From Parcubacteria group bacterium (lineage in GTDB: Bacteria; Patescibacteriota; Minisyncoccia; UBA6257; Colwellbacteraceae), in contig JBAZMT010000004.1 in assembly GCA_041649615.1 (NCBI GenBank), forward strand, positions 691 through 64,690: DNA of 64,000 nt. The letters are read 5' to 3'. How positions within the stretch are numbered: position 1 is the first letter of the stretch; every line of letters begins with the position of its first letter. The notes under the pieces were generated by a model. It had not been told where the DNA came from, did no database searches, and was given only the letters and a program-made list of their open reading frames with translations. Below, in pieces: positions 57,404 through 64,000 of the stretch. Position numbers and translations under genes: made by a program.

Positions 57404-57970
57404 TTGCCAAAAATCGCATATTTTGCCATTTTAGGCGCTTTAACACTTATATCGGTGGCCGTGTTGCTGTTTATTCCGTCTCTCGGCGATTTAGTCTTGG
57501 GAGGCGAATCGGGGATTCAGGAGAATAAAATACAATTAGCAGGGATTATTTTTTCTTCGGAGAAACCGCTCGTATTAAATGAAGGTTCAATGCTTTTGGA
57601 CGCCCAGCCGATAGTGAATGAAGTAACTCAAGAAAATAAGCCAGATTTACTTGATGGAGAGAATACGCAATTTGCGGGAGAATATGGAGACGAAGACATA
57701 TTTTTCGCCGTTTGCGGAATGGAAATAAACGCCAGCTTTCCCGGTCTTATAACCGATACGGGCGAACCCGAAAAATGGAATGAAGGCAAGGGAGGGTACG
57801 TGACGATACAGAACGCTTATTCTCTTAGAAACGTCGTTTTTTCGCATTTCTCCGAAGTTAGCGTTACTCCGGGAGATTTCGTGGAATTGGGAGAATCTTT
57901 GGGAACGGCGGGTTCTTCCGGAAATGTTTTTTCCGGGAGAGCGTGCCAGGTGGGTATAGCTAACAAATAA
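57404..57970 (+). CDS. membrane-anchored peptidase M23 (LytM)-like domain protein, probably catalytically degenerate
   Basis: 188 aa. N-terminal TM. The C-terminal GGYVTIQNAYSLRNVVFSHFSEVSVTPGDFVELGESLGTAGSSG resembles the M23 beta-fold but lacks the HxxxD and HxH metal ligands. Confidence 0.5.
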   Translation: MPKIAYFAILGALTLISVAVLLFIPSLGDLVLGGESGIQENKIQLAGIIFSSEKPLVLNEGSMLLDAQPIVNEVTQENKPDLLDGENTQFAGEYGDEDIFFAVCGMEINASFPGLITDTGEPEKWNEGKGGYVTIQNAYSLRNVVFSHFSEVSVTPGDFVELGESLGTAGSSGNVFSGRACQVGIANK

Positions 57971-57984
57971 TTTTTTTGGATTCC

Positions 57985-59526
57985 CTAACGGGGTAAACCG
58001 GAGCGCAATCTGTATTGAAAAGCTTCGGCTACGTGTTCGGGCCTAACGATTTCCGAGAGATCAAGGTCGGCGATGGTTCGGGAGACTTTAAGGAGCCGAT
58101 AATAGCCTCTAGAAGACAATCGCGCGGATTCAAACATTTTTTTGATGAATTCCTCCGCTTCTTTGGAAAGGGTTATGGTCTCATCGCACTGTTTTGAAGA
58201 AAGGAAAGCGTTCCCGTCCGCTTTTACGCCGAATTTTTTTAGTCTTTCTTCTCTGAAGTTGCCGGATGCGGAAACTTTTTCCCGATAATCTTTGGCGGAC
58301 GAAATCGATTTGCCTTTCAATTCTTCGTATTTAATCCGGGGAACGTTTATCTGGATGTCTATTCTATCAAGCAAGGGTCCCGAAACTTTTTTCTGATAGC
58401 GAATAATATCGTAAACGCCGCAACGACATTCAACGTCTTCATCGCCGTAATAACCGCAAGGACAGGGATTCATGGCGGAGATGAATTGGAATCTTGCGGG
58501 GAAATAAGCGCTTGCTTTGGCGCGAGAAACCGATACTTCGCCGGACTCCATCGGTTGCCGCAAAGCTTCAAGAACGTCGCGGTGAAATTCGGGCAGTTCG
58601 TCAAAGAAGAGGACTCCGTTGTGAGCGAGACTTATTTCTCCCGGACGGGGATTTGAACCGCCTCCGATAATGGAAGAAGCGGACGAAGAATGATGCGGAT
58701 TTCTGAAAGGCCGCGAAATGATGAAAGGCGTTTCGGCGGATAAGAGACCGGCGGCGCTCCAATTTTTGGAAGTTTCTATGGCGTATTCCAAATTCAGCGG
58801 AGGCAGAATGGAGTTAATGGCTCTCGCAAGCATCGTTTTTCCCGAGCCGGGAGGTCCCACCATCAACATGTTGTGTCGTCCGGCGGCGGCAACGAGAAGA
58901 GCGCGCTTTGCCAACTCATGGCCTTTGATGTCCGATATGGAAACGAAATCGGATGAAGACTCGGGGAAACTGCTTTTCTCGGCTGGAGCAATAATAATAG
59001 AACCTTCAACGTGTCTTACGGCTTCAAGCAAATCTCTTACAGGAATGACGTTGATTTCCGGGACAAGCGCCGCTTCTTTAGCGTTTTCTTTCGGCAGAAT
59101 TATTTCTTTGAATCCCAACTCTTTCGCGAGACAAGCGATATTCAAGGCTCCTCTTATTCCGCGAAGACTTCCGTCAAGAGAAAGTTCGCCGACTATGATT
59201 CGGTTGCTGAAATCGGCTTCTTTGATTTCACCGGTAGCGGCGGCATAACCCAAAGCGATACCCAAGGCGTATTGCGAGCCGGTTTTATGAATAGCCGCCG
59301 GAGCGAGATTTACCGTGATGCGGCGGTTTTCACGATTCGGCGGTTTAAAACCCGAATTTTTCAAGGCGGCATTTACCCGCTCTTTGGCTTCGGAAAGAGC
59401 CTTATCGGCCAATCCGACAATCGTAAAATCGTGCAGACCGACATTCAAGTCCACTTCAATAGTGATAAGTTTGGCCGTAATTCCTAAAAGCTCGGCGGAA
59501 AAGAGCCTTGAGATACTACGGGGCAT
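57985..59526 (-). CDS. YifB/ComM-family Mg-chelatase-like AAA+ ATPase
   Basis: 513 aa. N-terminal Lon-protease-like (ChlI) domain, Walker A GPPGSGKT, Walker B VLFFDE. Confidence 0.9.
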   Translation of the reverse strand: MPRSISRLFSAELLGITAKLITIEVDLNVGLHDFTIVGLADKALSEAKERVNAALKNSGFKPPNRENRRITVNLAPAAIHKTGSQYALGIALGYAAATGEIKEADFSNRIIVGELSLDGSLRGIRGALNIACLAKELGFKEIILPKENAKEAALVPEINVIPVRDLLEAVRHVEGSIIIAPAEKSSFPESSSDFVSISDIKGHELAKRALLVAAAGRHNMLMVGPPGSGKTMLARAINSILPPLNLEYAIETSKNWSAAGLLSAETPFIISRPFRNPHHSSSASSIIGGGSNPRPGEISLAHNGVLFFDELPEFHRDVLEALRQPMESGEVSVSRAKASAYFPARFQFISAMNPCPCGYYGDEDVECRCGVYDIIRYQKKVSGPLLDRIDIQINVPRIKYEELKGKSISSAKDYREKVSASGNFREERLKKFGVKADGNAFLSSKQCDETITLSKEAEEFIKKMFESARLSSRGYYRLLKVSRTIADLDLSEIVRPEHVAEAFQYRLRSGLPR

Positions 59527-59530
59527 TACG

Positions 59531-59863
59531 TCACGACTTAATCTTATGAACCTTGCAAAGGGAAGATTCGGGAACGATGTCTAAAATTTCTTTTTCAATC
59601 TCTTTGCCGCAAACCTCGCATAAGCCGTACGTGCCCGATTGGATTTTGTTTAAAGCCCGGCGGACGTCTTCAAGGCGAGACCTAATTTCGTCTCTGATTC
59701 CCGTCTGTTCATCTGCGGCAACCGATTCGTCTGCTTCATCTTCTTCCTGATCAACTTGATCGCCAAAGTCCAGTCTTTCGGGTATCTCTTTTAAATCGTT
59801 TTCAAGCCTCTTTTCCAGGGATTCCAGTGAATCCTTATATTTTTCCAGTTCTTCGCTCGTCAT
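59531..59863 (-). CDS. DksA/TraR-family C4 zinc-finger protein
   Basis: 110 aa. A coiled-coil N-terminus with acidic tip, then C-terminal CEVCGKEI...C..H. Confidence 0.7.
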   Translation of the reverse strand: MTSEELEKYKDSLESLEKRLENDLKEIPERLDFGDQVDQEEDEADESVAADEQTGIRDEIRSRLEDVRRALNKIQSGTYGLCEVCGKEIEKEILDIVPESSLCKVHKIKS

Positions 59864-59890
59864 TGTACAATTCTAACATAACCTTAGAGT

Positions 59891-60448
59891 ATGATATACG
59901 CGCTTCATGGCATAACGGAAGAAATACACGTGAACTTTGCGGTTTTGGCGGTTTCCGGGGGAGAATCGTATAAGGTTTTCATGCCTCAAGGAGATTTGGG
60001 AGCGCTCCAGAAGGGCAAAGAGATAAAATTATTTACTTGTCTTTATTCAAGGGAAGACGGGATGGATTTATACGGTTTTTTATCGGAGGAAGAAAGGGAT
60101 TTATTTGAAACGTTAAACACCGTTTCGGGAGTGGGCCCAAAAGCCGCGATCGGTATTTTAGGTTTAGGACCGACGGACCAAATAAAAGCGGCGATAAGAG
60201 AAGGCAAAACGGAGACGCTCACGAAGTCGTTTGGCATCGGAAAGAAAACGGCGGAGAGAATTGTCGTAGAATTGAGAGATAAAATAAAAGGAGGAGGGGA
60301 CGCTCCCGAATGGGACGAGGACGTTTACGACGCGCTCATTAAACTCGGTTACAGACGGGATGCCGCGAAGGAAGCGGTAAGGAAGGTAAATAAGGAGACG
60401 AAGGATATAAACGAAAGACTAAAAGAAGCGTTGAAATACATTAAATGA
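59891..60448 (+). CDS. ruvA: Holliday junction DNA helicase subunit RuvA
   Basis: 185 aa. OB domain, two HhH motifs (VSGVGPKAA, GIGKKTAERI) and a C-terminal domain III. Confidence 0.9.
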   Translation: MIYALHGITEEIHVNFAVLAVSGGESYKVFMPQGDLGALQKGKEIKLFTCLYSREDGMDLYGFLSEEERDLFETLNTVSGVGPKAAIGILGLGPTDQIKAAIREGKTETLTKSFGIGKKTAERIVVELRDKIKGGGDAPEWDEDVYDALIKLGYRRDAAKEAVRKVNKETKDINERLKEALKYIK

Positions 60449-60452
60449 GTCT

Positions 60453-60540
60453 AAAACAAATAAAATACGCATACGGGATACCGCTCCGAGGCCGCTTGGG
60501 CCGGTCTTTAATATCCCTTAATGCGTATTTTATTTGTTTT
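60453..60540. repeat. 20 bp perfect inverted repeat AAAACAAATAAAATACGCAT / ATGCGTATTTTATTTGTTTT enclosing a 48 nt GC-rich core (itself containing GGGATA...TATCCC); compound stem-loop after ruvA
   Basis: Left arm 60453-60472, right arm 60521-60540, read directly. The right arm contains the spurious ATG used by the ORF-track start at 60521. Confidence 0.8.
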
Positions 60541-60550
60541 TAAACATAAA

Positions 60551-61717
60551 ATGATTAAGAAACTTAAGAATATATACCATTATATCCTCGCTTGGGCGGG
60601 GAAGGTTGTGTTTAGGAATCCGTCTCGGAAACTTGTGGTGATAGGCGTAACCGGGACGAAAGGAAAAACCGTAACGGTAGAACTTATCGCGACCGCATTA
60701 AACGCGTGCGGACAAAAGGCGGCCATAATTTCTTCGGCGCACATTGTCGTGGGAGACAAAGAAAGACCGAACACGACCGAGAATACCATGATCGGCCGAG
60801 GCAGAGTTCAGAGAATACTCGCGGAGGCCGTAAAAAAAGGATGCGGATTCGCGGTCATTGAAGTTACTTCCCAGGGCGTCATCCAGCACAGGCATAAATT
60901 CATTGAATGGGACGCGGCAGTTCTCACCAATCTATATCCCGAACACATTGAATCTCACGGGGGCTTTGAGAAATACAGGGAAGCGAAGCTTGATTTTTTC
61001 CGGTACGTTGCCAATTCGCCGAAGAACGGAAGAATATTCTTTATCAATAAAGAAGACGAGAACGCGGAATATTTCGTGAAGGCCGCGGGCGACAATAAAA
61101 TAATATTTTTCGGCGGAACTTTTCTTAAAGCCGATTATGAAGCGGCGGTGGAGGTCGCAGATCATTTTGGATGTGACAGAAAAATGGTGGAAAAAGAACT
61201 CGCCGATTTTAGAGGCGTGCCCGGAAGGATGGAAACGGTCGTTAAAGAACCTTCCAGGGTAATCGTGGACTATGCGCATACGCCCGACTCGCTTGAACAA
61301 GTTTATAAATGGGCGGCGTTGCCTCAGAAAATCGGCCAAGACGGGCGCAAATTAATTTGCGTTTTGGGTTCGGCCGGAGGAGGAAGAGATAAATGGAAGA
61401 GACCGAAGATGGGGGAAATAGCGGCAAAATATTGCGACGAAATAATCCTTACAAACGAAGATCCTTATAACGAAAATCCGATGGGTATATTGGAAGAGAT
61501 TAATAGAGGCGTTCTAGGCGCGGGGAAAGAGGCGATTAAAATATTGGATCGGCAAGAAGCGATAGATAAGGCGGTTTCCGAAGCGAAAGAAGGAGACACG
61601 GTAATCCTTACCGGAAAAGGGAGCGAAAGGTACATCCATCTTGCGAGAGGAAAAAAATTGCTCTGGTCTGAAAAAGAAGCGGTTATGCGGGCGATCAAAG
61701 ATAAAAACAAAATGTAG
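60551..61717 (+). CDS. Mur ligase family protein (MurE-like central and C-terminal domains; no N-terminal domain)
   Basis: 388 aa from MIKKLK (60551); the ORF-track start at 60521 lies inside the inverted repeat. P-loop GVTGTKGKTVT and DYAHTPDSL motif. Confidence 0.75.
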   Translation: MIKKLKNIYHYILAWAGKVVFRNPSRKLVVIGVTGTKGKTVTVELIATALNACGQKAAIISSAHIVVGDKERPNTTENTMIGRGRVQRILAEAVKKGCGFAVIEVTSQGVIQHRHKFIEWDAAVLTNLYPEHIESHGGFEKYREAKLDFFRYVANSPKNGRIFFINKEDENAEYFVKAAGDNKIIFFGGTFLKADYEAAVEVADHFGCDRKMVEKELADFRGVPGRMETVVKEPSRVIVDYAHTPDSLEQVYKWAALPQKIGQDGRKLICVLGSAGGGRDKWKRPKMGEIAAKYCDEIILTNEDPYNENPMGILEEINRGVLGAGKEAIKILDRQEAIDKAVSEAKEGDTVILTGKGSERYIHLARGKKLLWSEKEAVMRAIKDKNKM

Positions 61718-61725
61718 AAATAAAA

Positions 61726-61748
61726 ACCCCTTTCATCAAGAAAGGGGT
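61726..61748 (-). terminator. rho-independent terminator (minus-strand reading), overlapping the 3' end of the 61736..62071 gene
   Basis: acccctttc-atcaa-gaaaggggt. On the minus strand it is followed by TTTTTATTT. Confidence 0.6.
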
Positions 61749-62071
61749 ATATCGGAAAGTCGGTGAATTTTAATGACAGTCGGTTTCTTGATGTCCGGGT
61801 AATTCTTCCCGGTATCAATGATCACCGCATCGTTTCTTATCGGACTGAGCTCGCATCCTTTTGGCAGGCCAAGGAATTCGCTTGCCGTTATCGTCATCAG
61901 TTTTTTCGCTTGCTTTTTGGTATAAGCGGCAATCTTTGCCACTATGGTTTCGGTTCCGGTGGCGAATTCACAACTAAATATATAGAGCGGCTTTTTCCTT
62001 TGCTTTGCTTTGCCGGGGACCTTATTGAAAAAGTCCAGTTGTTCTTCCTGCGCAGCTCGACCAGTCATCAA
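61736..62071 (-). CDS. hypothetical protein
   Basis: 111 aa. No recognisable family. Confidence 0.45.
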   Translation of the reverse strand: MMTGRAAQEEQLDFFNKVPGKAKQRKKPLYIFSCEFATGTETIVAKIAAYTKKQAKKLMTITASEFLGLPKGCELSPIRNDAVIIDTGKNYPDIKKPTVIKIHRLSDIPLS

Positions 62072-62146
62072 AACTACCTCCTTTTTAAACTTCAGTCTTC
62101 ATTCTGTCACAAAAAATACTTTTTGTCAATAAATATTTTCTTTTCT

Positions 62147-62155
62147 TGCTATAAT
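62147..62155 (+). promoter_or_regulatory. extended -10 promoter element TGcTATAAT upstream of the 62167 small gene
   Basis: tgctataat at 62147-62155. TTGTCA lies 21 nt upstream. Confidence 0.45.
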
Positions 62156-62166
62156 GAATAAAAACC

Positions 62167-62373
62167 ATGTTAAAAGATCACAATCACGATTTGGTGCAGC
62201 AGTTGTCCGAAATATCGGACAGTTTGTGGAGGATGAAGCAATATAAAGAAAACGCCGGAGGGTGCGAGTCGTGCAAGCTCATGTGGGAGAAAATGCAGGG
62301 AGACTACGAAAATCACGTGGATATGCTTAAAGGGGAAATTGCGAGACACGTGGGAGAGAATAGGTTTGATTAG
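62167..62373 (+). CDS. small hypothetical protein with a CxxC motif
   Basis: 68 aa. Bracketed by an extended -10 promoter and a clean terminator. Confidence 0.5.
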   Translation: MLKDHNHDLVQQLSEISDSLWRMKQYKENAGGCESCKLMWEKMQGDYENHVDMLKGEIARHVGENRFD

Positions 62374-62385
62374 TAACTGGCAAAA

Positions 62386-62424
62386 GACCCTTCGTGAAGA
62401 TTACGGGGTCTTTTTGTTATCATT
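62386..62424 (+). terminator. rho-independent terminator
   Basis: aagaccc...ggggtctt stem followed by TTTTGTT. Confidence 0.65.
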
Positions 62425-62430
62425 GGGGTA

Positions 62431-63858
62431 ATGAAACTGTATTTCTACGGAGGAGCGAAAGCGGTAACGGGCGCGAATTATTTATTGCTGGGTGAGCCGA
62501 ACGCGAAGGGGGAGACGACTAAAATTTTAATTGACTGCGGATTGACGCAAGGGACCAGAAAAGAAGAGGAAAAAAACTATGATCCGTTTCCTTACGATCC
62601 AAAAGAGATTGACGCGCTTTTCATCACTCACGCGCACGTAGACCATACGGGCAGAATTCCTTATCTATACAAACTCGGATTCAGAGGGGCTATTTATTCA
62701 ACGGCGCCGACAAAAGACTTTGCGGAAGAACTTTTAATAGATTCGCAGGGACTCATTGAAAAGGAAGCGAAGGAAGACAAACACGAACCGCTTTACACGT
62801 TAAAGGACGTAACGGATTCGTTGAACATCTGGAAGAGAGTTCGATATCACGAGCCCGTTAGGGTTAAAGAATTTGACGCGGAGTTTTACGATGCCGGGCA
62901 TATTTTGGGATCGTCTTTCATTCGGGTTACGGAGAACCCGCCCGTTTATAAAACGGGCGAGGCGGGTCCCGCTGACAAAAAAGTCAGTAAGAAAACAATT
63001 GTTTTTTCGGGAGACATAGGGAACGTCAAAACGCCGCTCGTGAAAGATACGGAACCGTTGCCCGAAGGGACCGATTACGTCGTAATGGAAGCTCTTTACG
63101 GGGATAAGATTCATGAGCATACGGAAGACAGAAAGAACGTTTTGGAAGACACGATCGAGGAAGCGGTGACGGCGGGAGGAACGCTCATGATACCGGCTTT
63201 CGCGATGGAGAGGACGCAGGAACTCTTGTACGAAATAAACGAACTTCGTGAGAACATGCGAATTCCCAAAACGCCGGTATTTATAGACAGTCCTTTGGCC
63301 ATAAAACTTCTCGCCATATATAAAAAATACTCGGACGATCCGGAATATTTTGACAGCGAGGCCATAGATCTTTTTAAACGGGGAGACGAGATATTCAATT
63401 TTCCCGGACTGAAATTTACGCTGACAACCGAGCAGTCAAAAGAGATAAACGACGTTTCTCCGCCGAAAATAATAATCGCCGGTTCGGGAATGAGCGAAGG
63501 AGGGAGAATGATACATCACGAATATCGGTATTTGGGCGATCAAAAGAGCACAATATTATTTATAAGTTATCAGGCGCCTGGTTCGCTCGGACGAAAAGTT
63601 CTTGAAGGAGAAAAGCTGGTTAAGATATTCGGGGAAGAAATAGTGGTGCGTTGCAGAATACGGCAGATTGGCGGATATTCCGCTCACGGGGATCAAAAAA
63701 AGTTGCTCGGCTGGTTGAAGCCGGTCAAAGCATCGGTTAGGAAACTGTGTCTCGTACAGAGCGAGGACAATGCCGCAACCGTATTTTCGGGGAAAGTGAG
63801 GGACGAACTTGCCATAGATACTATCATTCCCGAGCCGGGAACGGCCATAGATTTTTAG
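62431..63858 (+). CDS. MBL-fold beta-CASP family hydrolase (RNase J / CPSF-like RNA-metabolising metallo-beta-lactamase)
   Basis: 475 aa. HAHVDH motif, beta-CASP motifs downstream, and a C-terminal RNA-metabolising MBL domain. Confidence 0.8.
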   Translation: MKLYFYGGAKAVTGANYLLLGEPNAKGETTKILIDCGLTQGTRKEEEKNYDPFPYDPKEIDALFITHAHVDHTGRIPYLYKLGFRGAIYSTAPTKDFAEELLIDSQGLIEKEAKEDKHEPLYTLKDVTDSLNIWKRVRYHEPVRVKEFDAEFYDAGHILGSSFIRVTENPPVYKTGEAGPADKKVSKKTIVFSGDIGNVKTPLVKDTEPLPEGTDYVVMEALYGDKIHEHTEDRKNVLEDTIEEAVTAGGTLMIPAFAMERTQELLYEINELRENMRIPKTPVFIDSPLAIKLLAIYKKYSDDPEYFDSEAIDLFKRGDEIFNFPGLKFTLTTEQSKEINDVSPPKIIIAGSGMSEGGRMIHHEYRYLGDQKSTILFISYQAPGSLGRKVLEGEKLVKIFGEEIVVRCRIRQIGGYSAHGDQKKLLGWLKPVKASVRKLCLVQSEDNAATVFSGKVRDELAIDTIIPEPGTAIDF

Positions 63859-63888
63859 TGGTATAATTTGGTGAACAAGAAAATTCAC

Positions 63889-64000
63889 ATGCAAGATTTT
63901 TATTTAAAATACAAAATATGCGTTTCGGGGGCGGCCGAGACCAGCCATTGCGGGGACGAGGCATTTGCAGTCGCCGAAGAGTTGGGGAAAGAAATAATCA
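63889..64000 (+). CDS. partial CDS (5' end only), unknown function; runs off the window
   Basis: ATG at 63889. MQDFYLKYKICVSGAAETSHCGDEAFAVAEELGKEII... Not in the ORF track because there is no stop within the window. Confidence 0.4.
   Translation, partial: MQDFYLKYKICVSGAAETSHCGDEAFAVAEELGKEII

Noticed and set aside
60521-60550. ORF-track start codon at 60521 for the Mur ligase gene
   Set aside because: The ATG is part of the right arm of the 20 bp perfect inverted repeat. The downstream ATG at 60551 (MIKKLK) is preferred.

Overview
This 64 kb window reads as a chromosomal segment from a small-genome, gene-dense bacterium. The gene content and architecture suggest a Patescibacteria/CPR-like organism. 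That lineage call is my inference, not a database result. Most features are on the minus strand. The window includes the replication-origin neighbourhood: dnaN and dnaA are divergent from rpmH-rnpA-yidC-jag, with perfect DnaA boxes in the dnaA-rpmH spacer. Housekeeping genes present are clpB, htrA-like, tyrS, clpP, nusA, rpsO-pnp, gyrA, ftsH, rpsT, holA, mutM, tsaE, ruvA/ruvB/ruvC and yebC. Other genes include a class A PBP, rsmA/ksgA, comM/yifB, a dksA-like gene, a xerC/D-like recombinase, an S1-domain protein, a PilB/GspE ATPase and an orphan sensor kinase. Three tRNAs are present: Leu-UAG, an unusual Ile-UAU and Val-UAC. A Doc/HTH toxin-antitoxin pair with a palindromic operator is present, and a large PG-binding surface protein carries an apparent frameshift. 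The most unusual content is a type IV secretion-like cluster at 48.4-56.6 kb (VirB6/TrbL-like, VirB3-like and VirB4-like). Downstream of it sit two tandem paralogues that share a VirB2/TrbC-like two-TM pilin module. One is fused to a pentapeptide-repeat domain and the other to a C39-like cysteine peptidase. A second locus at 20.5-21.7 kb holds three short paralogues of the same pilin module. Further oddities are a 450 bp divergent intergenic region packed with phased 16 bp palindromes, 84 bp direct repeats and DnaA-box-like sites. There is also a dispersed AAACTCA heptamer repeat upstream of several genes, a textbook sigma70-like promoter driving a possible small RNA, and a 20 bp perfect inverted repeat after ruvA. 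No rRNA, CRISPR array or transposase was seen.
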